Part shown: positions 1 to 13,117 of the stretch, piece after piece | Numbering within the stretch: position 1 is the first letter of the stretch | Layout: each line of letters begins with the position of its first letter | Source: Proteromonas lacertae | Lineage: Eukaryota | Direction: 5' to 3' | DNA length: 64,000 nucleotides | NCBI GenBank assembly: GCA_002245135.1 | Contig: NGBS01000584.1 | Location: 248,001 to 312,000, forward strand | Notes under the pieces: model-generated | What the model was told of the DNA's origin: nothing | The model's input: only the letters and a program-made list of their open reading frames with translations | The model's database searches: none | Position numbers and translations under genes: made by a program

Positions 1-3000
1 TCTTCCAATTGATGAGAAAGTTTGTAAGAATGATTTTAATTCTAATTTATCTATATCTTCTTTTAAAAATATTGACATTTCTTCTAAACAATCAAACACT
101 TCTTTGTTTTCTTTCATTAATCTCAATTCATTTTCATTTAATTCATTTCCTAATAAATTTATCTCTTCTAATTGTTTGTAATCTTTTAATCTTTCTATTA
201 ACAATTTTAATCCCTTTTCACTCATTCTAATATCTATTCGGATTATAGAATATATATAATACTCGAAAGATTCAATATTATGGGAAAACAATCTTCATCC
301 ATTTGAACAAATTTATCTAAATATTTACATATTATCTTCACTCCTTCATCTCCGATGTTATTATTATGAATTGATATATATTTTACATCTTCTGGTAAAG
401 AATCTGTTAATTTTTTTAATCCTTTAGAAGTAATTCTATTGTTGGATAAATCTAGCGTTTTATATTCGATCTGTCTTATTAATGACATATGAGAATCATT
501 AATATTCATATCTATTTCATAATAATTAATAATTTTTATACTTGAAAAATCATACTCACTTTCCCAACTTTTCCTTTCCTTTTTTGAACAATAATACAAA
601 TAATGTTCCAATTCTTTACTTGTCCATGTTGAACATTTCAATTCAATAAATGGATAGTTTTCATCCTCTAACGACTTACAACAAATAGCTTTTAATCCTT
701 TAAAACTTTCATTATTCCCACTTAATTTTATTGTACTACATCCTCTAATTGAATTTATTTCTTTCGTTAATAACATAATACTTTCATCATCTATTGACAT
801 ATTACTCAAATTCATTTCACTCTCGTCTTTCACTAATATATTCAAAATATCCAGTATCAGTTTAAATCCATTATTACCAATAGGATTATCTATTTTCAAA
901 TATTACATATAGCAATATATATACTGTGAATACATAATTGTCCTATATTGTTTTCTTCTTTCATATATTTCATCAAATATTCAATTCCATCTGAATCTAT
1001 ATTATTGCCACTTATATCTAGCATTATATTTTTGGTGATATTATTTAAACCATCTAACAAATATCTCAATCCAACAGAAGATAATCCCATTTCTCTAAAA
1101 CTACAATCGATATATTTATTTGAATAATTCATTGTATAATTATTTATTAAATGTAAATATGGAGATAATGTTTTCATTCCTTCATCTCCTATCTGATTTC
1201 CATTAACCATAAGCTCTTTTAGATTTGTAAACGAAGATATATTGTTGATCATTATTTCTATACTTTCTTGAGTTAGTTTATTATCTAAATAATATTAAAA
1301 AGACAATCTATACTACTCAATTTTAACTCTTTTACATCTTTTAATTCATTTGATCTAAACGAAATGAACGATTTGAAAAAATCATCATCAATTTCAGAAT
1401 TATTCAGGTTTAAGCATTCAATATACTTGATTAATTCTGGAATACTTTTATCAATTAGTAATTCTCTACTCCCATTATAATCAAATTCTATTCTTGAAAT
1501 GCTAAACACCGAGAATAAGGCTTTTAATCCCTTTGAATGAATATTCTTGTTGTTTTTAATATCTATTTGATAAACATATCCATATTTATATAATTCTTCA
1601 GATAATAACACCATCGATTCATCATTTAAGTTCATTCCATATAGATTTAATATTTTTTCTCTGTCTACTAATAAATGCAAATGTGGAAGTAACAGTTTAA
1701 ATCCTTTTGGGCCAATTCTATTGCCTATTTCATTATAATTAAAAATAGTGTAATAAATACATGAAAAATCAAGGATTTTTAATTTCATCAACGGGATTGA
1801 CTTGACAAATGATTCAATAAAGTGAAATGTTAAATGACATTTCCACACATCTATTTCTTGTAAATCTGTGAATTGACATATATAAGAACCTAATAAATAA
1901 TGATATTGAATAGGTATAGTGTTATATTCATAATCTAAATAAATAAAAGTATCTAAAAATCATACTAAATCTGAGCTTTGTAGGATTTGTTAGTTTTAGT
2001 ATTGTATAAAAAAAATCAATACCCTCTTCACATAAACAAATACTGCCTGGTGAAATTTTAACCCTTTCTATATCATAATAACCAGTTTCAATTCTAAATA
2101 TCCTTTCATCTAAACAACAACTCTTTTTTCCTTCTCTACATATATGAAGAATTTGAAACTTCAATTTATGTTCCATCGAATAATCTCCTTTGCGTAATTT
2201 CATCATCAATAATATTGATAGTTTTCTTTCATCTGATTTACTATTGTAAGATTCTATTAAATAATCTCGAATTTTTTTCCATTCATAACTATCAACATAA
2301 TAGTTTGATGGGTATATTATTGGAAGTCTAACTATTAGATTGTCACAATCATAGATCATTTCCTTTCTTTCTTTGCATATCACTAAATCATTTTCATCAT
2401 CTTTTGGTATTTTACTCATTTTTATCATTTCTTTTTGCAGCTCTTTCAAACTCATTCTATCTTCACTCTTTACTTTTAGCATCTTATCAACCACTTCTTT
2501 CATCTCATCATCACATTTCACATCTAAACTGTATTTACATCTCAAAATATTCTCTTTGGTTTTACTGATGAAATTATCTTCACAAAATGGTAATTTCTTC
2601 CTTATCATTTCATATAATATACAACCAATTGACCAAATCACACTTCTTTCATTATATTCAAAACCATTCAACTCTTCTGGAGGTGTAAAACACACATCAT
2701 ATATTCTCATATCTTCTTCTTTTCTCAATTCATTTAAGAATAAATCACAGATCTTTAATTTGTCATATCCTTCATCATCTTCTTCGTATATTATGTTACT
2801 ACTCTTTAAATTACTAACCATTAAATTATAATCTCTGAAAACCGTTAAAATAGTACATATTCTACATATCACACTACATATATCACTCTCTGAAATAGGT
2901 TTATTTTGAATTATGTCTTCTAAATCCCTTAAATAATATTTTTGTGATAATATCATATACTCAATATTACTATTAATTTGAAGAATTTTTGAGTAATAAA

Positions 3001-3246
3001 TGAATGATAGACAACAATCTAATATTAGTGAGTTATTTTCAAAGAATTTTAATATCTTCTTTTCTTTTATCCCACCTACATTTATGATTTTCACCATTTT
3101 AATAGCCTCTTGACATTGTACTATTATATCTACTTCATTGTCACTCTTTTCTATTCTTCCTTTTACCTATTATTTATAAATAACTAAAATACTTCAGCAT
3201 CATGTGGAAATATTGAGCTAATAACACTTTCATGCAAAAATATCAT
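1..3246 (-). CDS. Pseudokinase (NEK/CAMK-like fold) fused to many RI-like leucine-rich repeats; multi-exon, 3' end runs off the left edge
   Basis: ATG at 3246 (MIFLHESVISSIFPHDAE), intron, then ORF 1928-3097 with kinase fold but HRD->VSN and DFG->DLF (PPE and WSIGCILYE retained). ORFs 1285-1848, 896-1252 and 243-899 join through short GTA..AG introns and carry LRRs (LxxNxIGDEGxKxL). The frame stays open to position 1. Confidence 0.8.
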
Positions 3247-3473
3247 TTTCTTCTGTTTCAAAATATTTATTCGTTTCTTTTTATATTTTTTGTGTTAAAT
3301 ATGAATATGGAAAACATAAAATTCATAATAGAAAGTAACAATAAACTAATATAATCAGTATTAACATAGAGTCGTGTTACATTGAGTTATTAGAGTAAAA
3401 AACTAATTTAATCCACTTTTGGATTATCTATTCAGCAAAATACTAAGTAATGATACAAATATACTATTAATGA

Positions 3474-4099
3474 TTAACTTATCAACATTATTGATTGGTT
3501 CATCATAGAAATTGACTTAACTAAATCATTAATACCATCTGAATCAGCTTTATTTTTACTTATATCAAGCATCCTGATCTTTCTATTAACATTATGCAAT
3601 GCATCAGCTAAATATTTCAATCCTTCAGAAGTTAATCCCATATCTATTATATATCTTAGCAACAATTGTAATTATACTTGAACAGTCCAATATAAAATTA
3701 TCTACAAGTAAATGCAAATATGGACATAATATCTTCATTCCCTCATCGCCTATTTCATTACCTTTTAGTTCAACCACTTGAAGGTTAGGAAATGCTGAGA
3801 TATTGTTGATCAGAACTTCTATACTCTCATACGTGAGTCTATTATCTACAACAAACAATATTTCAAAACATACTACTTAAATCTAGCTTTCCTACATCTT
3901 TAAACTTATCCGAATTGGAAGACAATATTATTTTGAAAGTAATATCATCAATTTCTCTATCATTTATACTTAAACACAACATTTCTTTATGTTTCAAAAT
4001 ATGATTCGTTTTTTCTTCTTTTTTAAACTTTTTGCATGAATTATACAGCATATTCATCAAATAAAAACATAGTGATATGTATATCACTATTTCATACAA
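3474..4099 (-). pseudogene. Short LRR paralog of the neighbouring kinase-LRR gene, probably truncated or degenerate
   Basis: Three spliceable ORFs with LKGNEIGDEGMKILCPYLHLL and MGLTSEGLKYL, closely paralleling 896-1400. No kinase domain and no convincing 5' exon found. Confidence 0.5.
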
Positions 4100-4463
4100 T
4101 ATACTTATATAATATTAACATATATTTCATGACAATTTTGATTGGTAATATTCAATTCAATATTTATACAACATCAATGTCTTCATTAAGCTGTAGAATT
4201 TATAAAATGCATTATATCTTTATTATTACAATATTTTGATGATTTTGATAAAACCCATCCAATAAAACAAAATTAAAAACACCTCAACATTCTTTTCGAA
4301 AAAAACATACATAGAAAACCCTTTGGAGGTATTGAAAAATACATTTTTGACAATTCCGTATTTGAAATAATCATATTATTTGTTTAATTTATATGAAATA
4401 ATGCTCAATAATACACAAACATAATATTAATATACAAACAATTCCTAAAACGCTATTATACAA

Positions 4464-4472
4464 TTTCGCGCC
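4464..4472 (+). promoter_or_regulatory. E2F-like site TTTCGCGCC upstream of WRNIP1
   Basis: Matches the TTTSSCGC E2F consensus about 20 nt before the ATG, in CpG-poor DNA. Confidence 0.6.
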
Positions 4473-4492
4473 ATTTTTTGTTAAGATAGAAT

Positions 4493-6217
4493 ATGAGTAT
4501 TAGAACTAAAAGAAAACTAAAAGAACACGAAGAAAGTGAAAGTAGATATACAAAATGTCCCATATGTGGTAAACAAGTATTGTTTTACTTCATGCTTTTA
4601 ATTTTAGGTGCCAATAGCAAATATAAATTTACATATTGATTCAGGATGTCAGCCACATGGTTTAATGAAACAAAACAAAAAGCAAAAGTGTGTAGAATCA
4701 GAAGATTCAAGTCCAGCAATACAGTCAACTCCATCTTCTCCAATAACTGATGTAGTTGATATAGAATCTTCTCCTAAATTTTCTCCAGCTAGTAAGTTAG
4801 TAAAGAAAGGAAATAGTTCAAATTCTTCTCCTGAACATCCAAGAATAGTGAAAGTTAATGAAAATCACAAACCGTTATCTGAATTAGCTCGACCTACATC
4901 ATTTGAAGAGTTATTTGGACATGAAGATCTATTTGGTGAGAATGGTAGTTTAATCAATTTAATAAAGAAAGATAGAATACCATCATTGATATTATGGGGC
5001 CCTCCAGGTTGTGGTAAAACTACAATAGCTAAAATAATCAGTAAAGTAACAAAGAAACGATTTATAACGTTTAGTGCAGTTGATAGTGGAACAAAAGATA
5101 TAATGGAAATAGCAGAAAGTAGTAAAAATGAATATAAACTCTGTGGTAGAGAAACTATATTATTTATAGATGAAATACATCGATATAATAAGAAACAACA
5201 AGATATATTTCTTCCTTATATAGAAAATGGTACATTTATATTAATAGGAGCAACAACAGAAAATCCATCATTCAGTTTAAATAATGCATTATTAAGTAGA
5301 TGTAGAATAGAAAAATTGGAGAGTTTAAATGATGAAAGTATAAAGAATATAATAAACCGAATATTATTGAAATATATGAATGGAATAAGTATTAGTGATG
5401 AAGGGAATGAAAGTGTTAGTAGAATTATCAAATGGTGATGCTCGAAGTTCAATAAATATATTAGATCAATTAGAAATAAAAGATTTAAAAGAGTATATAG
5501 AATATAATATAATATATATTGTTTATAGTAACAAAATAGAAAAAGAAGATATATTGAAAATAATAAGTAAAAACAAACTATTTTATGATAAAAAAGGAGA
5601 TAATCATTATGATACAATATCTGCATTTCATAAGTCAATGCGAGGTAGTGATCCCGATGCAACAACATATTATTTAGCGAGAATGATAGAAGGTGGTGAA
5701 GATCCATTATATGTTGCTAGAAGAATGATAAGATTTGCTACAGAAGATGTTGGATTAGCTGATCCAATGGCATTAGAACAAGCAGTATTAGCTTATCAGG
5801 CATGTCAGTTTATTGGTTTACCAGAATGTAAATTAGCTTTATTACAATGTGCATTATATTTGGCATTATCCCCCAAAAGTAATGAATTGGATGTTACTTA
5901 TAATAATGTTGCTGATTTGGTTAAATCAAATCCTCAATATTCAATTCCTTATCATATTAGAAATGGAGTAACAAAATATATGGAAAAGATAGGTTATGGT
6001 AAAGGATATAAAGTATTTAATTATTATCATATTGTTGTAATAGTATTCACCAGAGTTTGACTATATGGAAGAACAAACCTATTTACCTGAAGAATTGACA
6101 GGAAAACAATTTGTAGATGTAACAAGGTTAAGAGGTTTTGGAAGGTTTAAACCTGACGATATACCTCAACAAGAAACAAATGAAGAAATTAAAGTAGATA
6201 ATAAAAAAGAAAAATAA
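4493..6217 (+). CDS. WRNIP1: WRNIP1/Mgs1/RarA AAA+ ATPase with N-terminal UBZ zinc finger; apparent +1 frameshift near 5403-5405
   Basis: Spliced N-terminus gives CPIC..INLHIDSGC (UBZ4). Walker A GPPGCGKT, Walker B FIDE, IGATTENPSF, GDAR, ISAFHKSMRGSDPDA. Stop TAA at 6215-6217. Confidence 0.93.
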
Positions 6218-6394
6218 TTATTTTATATAAATATTCAGTTGTTTATTCTCCACTTTCTCAATTTTTGCATAATATATAGAAAATACATTTTCTCCGTTAT
6301 TTTTATATATTATGTCACAAGTAGACTTTAAATACTAAAATCAGTTAAAACAAAACAATTATTATAAAGAAAAGTAATATTAATAATAATAATG

Positions 6395-9300
6395 TTAATT
6401 ATTATTCAAAGCAGGTGATGCTTCTGTATACAAACGAGGTAAAATACTCATTGCCATTAATTCTTGGAACAACACTTTACAAGCATATGGAATACGCACT
6501 GTTGATATTTGAGTAGTATTCTTACAATTCTTACATCCTTTCTGACTACACATCAATCCACATAAATCACAAACAAATACTCTGTAATCATCACTACAGA
6601 ATAAGAACCTATCTCTCAACACTTGAGCAGATCCATGTGCTACTAAACAATCTCTCTCCATCTCACCCATTCTTAAACCTCCTTCCTTAGCTCTTCCTTC
6701 TAATGGTTGTCTTGTTAATGCACTGGTTGGACCACGGTTTCTACTATGTATCTTCATATCCACCATATGTTTTAATCTTTGATAATAGGTTGGACCAATG
6801 AATATTTGTGCATCTAATTTTCTACCAGTATGACCACAATACATTACTTCATTTCCTCTCTTTTGGAATCCTAAGTTATGTAATTCTCTACTTATTGTTT
6901 CTACTGTAACTTTAGTAAAAGCAGTTGCATCACCTTCTTTACCAAATAATGTTGATACTTTTCCTAATAAACATTCAATTAATTGACCAATAGTCATACG
7001 CGATGGAATAGCATGTGGATTAACCATAATATCAGGTGTAATACCTTGACGAGTAAACGGCATATCTTCCTGTCTATAAGTCATACCAACAGTACCTTTT
7101 TGACCATGTCTACTGGAGAATTTATCACCAATTGTGGGAACTCTTACACTTCTTGTTCGTAACTTTACAAATTTGTATCCTTCTTCGTTTGTACTAATCA
7201 TTACTTCATCTACAATTGCTGTTTCACCTGGTCTCATACTGACACTACAATCTTTCTTTCTTATTTCATTGGTTTTTGGATCTGGAACACCATCAGATGA
7301 TGTTTTACCAATTATTATATCTCTTTCAGTAATACGAGTACCTGGTGGAATTAATCCATCACTATCTAATTTTTCATAAGTTAAACCAGCTTTACGATCA
7401 TATAAACTTCGAGTTGGTTTTTCAAATCTTTCACCACTTAAATTATTATCAAATGATTGATGATTTAATGATTCTCTTTCTACATAAGTACGATAGAATG
7501 TACTTCTAAATAGACCTCTATCAATGGAACTTTGATTCATCATCAAACTATCTTCTTGATTATAACCACTATAACACATAATAGCTACAATAACATTACA
7601 ACCAGCAGGTAATTGTCTGAAGAATAAATAATCCATTGGTTTAGTACAAACAATAGGTTTTTGAGGGTAATATAAGACATGAGATAAAGTATCCATTCTT
7701 AATTGATAATTAGATGCATAAATGCCCATTGCTTGTTTACCCATTGAACTTTGATAGACATTTCTTGGACTTTGATTATGATGTGAAAATGGAATAATAG
7801 AAGCACAAACACCTAATATCATTGCAGGATTAATCTCACAATGAGTAAATGTATTACAAATACCATCAGTGTATGATTTAAAAGTTGATCTTTTCTTTAA
7901 ATCATCGGTAGTCATTGCTATCATACACGTTTCTTCTTCTTCTGCATCAATATATTCTATTAATCCTTTCTTTATTAAATCAGTCCATGAACTATCTGGA
8001 TTTTCTAAATTCATTATATCTGATTTTCTTATCTTTAATCTTTGGAAACCTTCTTCTCCTCTGTTATTTTCATCTATTTCTTCTACTATAAAGAGTGGTC
8101 TACATCCTCTACCTGAGTCAGTGTATATTCTCAACTCTCTTAATGGTATATCATGCACTAAACTTACTTCGACATCTAGATTACCACTTCTTCTCATATT
8201 TCTTAAACGACTGAGTAAATCTTTTGCATTTTTCTTCATTCCAATCCATGAACCATTGACGAATACTTTGGTGGATTTTGGAATATCTTTTGGACTGATT
8301 TCATCCAATGTATCAACACCCCACTCGAATAATGAATCAACTATTGCTTTTTTCTATACAAATATATAATAATATATATATATATATATATATATACATC
8401 TGAACCAACTGTACATCTTGCCATTAATGCAAAGTTCTTAACAATACCACAAGCAGCTCCTTCTGGTGTTTCTGCTGGACAGATTAGTCCCCATTGTGTA
8501 TTATGTAATTGTCTTGGTTTAGTTTGTTTACCACCTGTATCTATTGGTGTTTTTAAACGACGTAAATGTGATAAACTTGAGGAATATGTTAATCTATTTA
8601 ATACTTGAGATACACCTGTTTTGGAAGGTAATCCTTTAGATTTATCTCCCCAATTACCAGTAGCTAGACAATATCTAATACCATCAGTAATAATTTTATG
8701 CTATAAATATATATATAAATATATATATATAATACATTAACAACTTCACTTAATTTGAAGTTTCTATTAGATTGTAATTTCTTATTAATAGTCTTCTTCA
8801 TATTTTGTACTAATTTATAGAAATAAGTATGAAATATAGCTTCCATCAAAGGTCCAGCTAAATCCATTCTTTTATTACTAAAATGATCTCTATCATCTTC
8901 CTCTCTTCTACCCAATGAACATAATAATAATTTATGAACCATATAACCTAAGAAGAATGCTTTCTTCGTCTCTGTATCATCATTTGGTCCAAGTCCAACA
9001 TGTGGTAACATCTGATCATTCATTGTTCTTCGTGCTAATGCAATTCTTTCTTCTCTTCTACTCGTTGGTAATGATCTATTGGAACGGTTTCCTATATATT
9101 CTAAGGCTAAATTACAATTATCAACATCACTAGCTTCAGTAATACATGGATAGAATCTTTGAATCATTTCATTATCTGTTAAATCATAACATATATGTTG
9201 TAGTATATCTTTATCATCCTCAAAGCCAAGTGCTCTAAATATAATAACTACTGGAATAGCTGCTTTAATATATGGTATTTCTGCATATATTTGATATTTC

Positions 9301-10113
9301 TGTTTTGTTATTCCAGTATTTGTGTTACGATTAAACATAAATAGTTTCATTGTACAGGCTGGTCTTGGACCATCTTTTTGACTTCTTACTTCAGCAATAT
9401 AAGAATAACGACTTTCTTTATTCTGTTTAAATACATATACAAAGTTTGTCTTTTGTCTTTCTTGTGAAATAATTGCTTTTTCACTTCCATTCACTATAAA
9501 ATATCCACCTAAATCAAAACTACATTCTCCATACTCAACTAATGCTTTTTCATCTTTTCCACGTAAATAACAAGCGACTGATTGTAACATAATTGGTATT
9601 TGACCTAAATAGAAGTGGTCTATTTGCTCACTTCCGGCATCTTCTGTATGAATTGTTCCATCATCTTCAAGTGTGTGTCTTGTCCTTGTCATTGATACTT
9701 CAATCCATAGTTTCGATGAGTATGTTAGATTTCTAAGTCGAGCATCGTTTGGATGTAAAGGACAAGGAGTATTTGATCCTTCTTCTTCAAAAGTGGGCTG
9801 ATTATAACTTAATTTGCCGAAATCAATTTTACATTCTTCACTTTCTTGCTTTGAACCAACATCAAACTATTTAAATTGTATAGTAAAAATTCTAGAAGAA
9901 ATATAGAAATACTTGAGGGTTCTTCTCTATAAGAATATTTTCACTCTGATCGTTAATAATTTTCTGAGCATTAAGACTAATGAATCGGTCAAATGAGTCG
10001 ATTTGTTGCTTAACTAGATTATTCTCTTTGAAAAATGCGCTTACAACATCCCAAGTATCTTCCTATAAACAAAATTAATAATATCAACAATATACTTGTT
10101 TTATATCAGTCAT
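6395..10113 (-). CDS. RPB2: RNA polymerase II second-largest subunit
   Basis: [77 protein letters not shown]. Four short introns. Confidence 0.97.
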
Positions 10114-10177
10114 AAAAGCAAAAATGAAAAATCAAATAAAAGTCAAGCAATAAATCAAGCCGAGCCAAGTCAAGAAT

Positions 10178-11430
10178 ATGAAAATTCTTTTTCTTTTTTT
10201 TCTCACTCTACAATATTCTCTTTGCTTATTCCATGAGAATAACTATTACTTGGAACAGTTTAAGTCTTTTCAGATGAAATTTGGAAAGAAATATGTGAAT
10301 GTAGAAGAACAAAAGTATGAACAGATATTAAATTATTTCTATATCATTTTAGATATCGTCAAAAGATATTCTCAGAATCACTAGATGAAGTAGAGAAGTT
10401 TAATTCTGAAAAGCACAAATGGAAGAAAGGAATAAATCAATTCTCTGATATAACTGTAGAAGAATTTAGACATCGTTATTTATCCGAAATGAAAATCGAC
10501 AATAATCTTGTGAAGAAGAATTATGTAAGTCGAAATTTAAACAAAGCAAACTCACTAGAAATAGACTGGGAGAAAAAAGGAGTAATGACGCCAATAGAAG
10601 ATCAACAACAATGTGGTTCTTGCTGGGCATTCTCAGCTATGGAAACATTACAAGCATTTAATGTGATTAACTTCAAGAAAGAGCCAACTCAGTTGAGTAA
10701 ACAACAAGTAATGGATTGTAATGCAAATCATATGAGTTGTAATGGAGGTACTTTATACCACGCTTATAGATATACTGCAAGATTTCCGTTACTGTGTACT
10801 GAAGAGGAATACCCTTATGAAGCTAAAGATAATGAATGTAGAGTAAAGAATAAGAAATGTACATATCAAAATGAACAGAAAACTTATGATCTAATAATGT
10901 CAGGTGAAGATAATCTAAGAAAAGCACTTCAAGATAATCCAGTGTCTGTATCAATAAGAGCAGATGAGTTAAAATCATATCAAAGTGGTATATTTCAAGG
11001 AGATGAATGTCCACAGGGTTTTGGACCAGATCATGGAGTTGTAGTAGTTGGATATGGACAATCAAGTGAAGGTAATTATTATAGAATTAAGAACAGTTGG
11101 GGAAAGACATGGGGTGAAGAAGGATATTTCAGATTAGAAGCTGATTATGGACAATATGGAGCATGTGAGTTGACTACTCTTGTTATTGTACCGTCATCGT
11201 ATATATAGTTTATTATAATTCATTGAAATAGTGAAATATCAGATTTAACAATATCATCGAGTTATACAGTAATCTGTGTGATTTTATATATTATTATTGC
11301 TGCTATTGGTATTTTTACATTTGCATACTCATGTGGATGTATGCCAGATAAATTTTTACCTTCATACATGAAACCAAAACCAGAATTAGATTCATCTTCT
11401 ACAAATTTATTAAGTCATGCAAATAATTAA
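10178..11430 (+). CDS. Papain-family (C1A, cathepsin L-like) cysteine protease copy 1 with C-terminal TM helix
   Basis: Signal peptide, I29 prodomain (GINQFSD), QQQCGSCWAFS, DHGV, NSWG. Last exon encodes YTVICVILYIIIAAIGIFTFAYSCGC and a cytosolic tail ending STNLLSHANN*. Confidence 0.92.
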
Positions 11431-12001
11431 TATAATTGCTTATATATGATATTATTTTAATAATTGTTTGTGTTTCATCGTATTTGCATATATAATAAAA
11501 ATCAAGTTGAGATTCATACATGTCAAATACAGAGTTATCATACAATATAGATATAGACATACATGTATTACATCAGTTTTTACAGTAAGCAGTTCATTGT
11601 GACTAACCAATTTTGAATGGTTCAAGAATTACAGATAATTTTTGTAAAATTCATTCTTTAGAACATTCCATTTATCTTTTTAGCTTAAGCTAATTTCTTG
11701 ATTATTGCATTATAATTGTATTTAATTATACTTGATTATTTTATTTATTTATAATATAGGCATATAGAATGTTTAAAGTGCTAATTTACTTAGTTTTTAG
11801 TCTAGTTTCAGTGAATGCACTACTACACGAATCAAGCTACTATGCGAACAAATTTGCAGCATTTGAAAAAGAATATGGTAAGAAATATGCTGACGAAGCT
11901 GAATTTAAGTATAAAATACTGAAATATACACAAATAGTAAGCGTTTAGAGATATTTTCAACTAATGTAGATAAAATCGAGAAATTTAATTCAGAAAAACA
12001 C
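11385..12001 (+). repeat. Duplicated block (copy-1 3' tail, intergenic DNA, protease 5' exons), repeated at 14811-15427 and partly at 13118-13574
   Basis: Near-identical sequence at offsets +3426 and +1573 (e.g. ATTAGATTCATCTTCTACAAAT, ATATAGATATAGACATACATG). Confidence 0.92.
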
Positions 12002-13017
12002 ACTTATAAGTTGGGGATTAACAAATTTAGTGATTTAACCTATCCAGAATTCAAAAGCATTTTATTAACAAAGAAGTATACTCCTGCACCAAAAGCAAAA
12101 TACCCTATTAAGCTGAATAAGACAGCCCCATCTAGTGTTGATTGGAGAAAGGAAGGTGTTTTATCTCCTGTTGATAATCAAGGAGAATGTGGAAGCTGCT
12201 GGTCATTTGCCACATCCGAGGTATTACAAGCATTTAATGCAATAAAACAAAACAAAAAGGGTGTTAGATTCAGTAAACAACAGTTTATAGATTGTGCTTG
12301 GCCTTATAGAAATAGGGGATGTGATGGAGGAAGTGCAAACCAAGGGCTTTACATGGCAGAAAAATATGCAACATTATGCACAGAAGAAGAATATCCATAT
12401 CTAGGAAAGGATTATCATTGTGCCTTAAAATCAGCAAAATGCACTTTTAAGAATGTTCAAAAAAGCACAATTCGTGATGGTTTTGGAGAACTTGCGTTAA
12501 AGAGTATAGTAGCACAACAACCAGTAACAGCTGGAATAATGGTTACTGATTATTTACAAAGTTATAAAAGCGGCATTTATTCAGGAGAAGGTTGTCCACC
12601 TCTTAATGATACTGCACATTTAGAAATAAATCATGATACAGTTATTGTAGGCTATGGAACTGAAAACAATGTACCATATTGGATAATTAGAAACAGCTGG
12701 GGCGCTGATTGGGGTGAAGGTGGGTATTTCAGAATTGTAAGGACGGAATATGCTGACAGTCCTGGTATGTGTGCAACTGCAGTAGATAATGCACTACCAT
12801 TAGAGTATAATATATTATTTTAATATTCATTAGTGTTGATTTAAAGGATTTTGAAAGAGATGAGGTTGTTGTTACAAAAGTAAGTACTACTGTAATAATT
12901 TTAGCAGTGATTGGAGTGGTAATAGGTATAGCAGATATAGTTGTTTTCTTCTTCATTTGTAATTGTTGTTGTAATTGCTGTTATAAAGGAAAACAAAGAA
13001 AGAGCTGTTTTTGTTAG
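11769..13017 (+). CDS. C1A cysteine protease copy 2 with TM anchor, Cys-rich tail and terminal CxC
   Basis: ATG 11769, intron, then ORF 12011-12823 (QGECGSCWSF, NHDT, NSWG). Last exon VIILAVIGVVIGIADIVVFFFICNCCCNCCYKGKQRKSCFC*. Confidence 0.9.
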
Positions 13018-13117
13018 ATTAATTATTCTCTAATAATGGTTTATGGCTGATATAATATTTGTTTTTAAGAAAAAGAAATGAATTTGAAAAATAATTGTCA
13101 AACAAAGTAAAAATTTT

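Noticed and set aside
11545..12001. Thrice-repeated block as a mobile element or LTR
   Set aside because: It is the protease upstream region and 5' exons; no terminal inverted repeats, target-site duplication or transposase.
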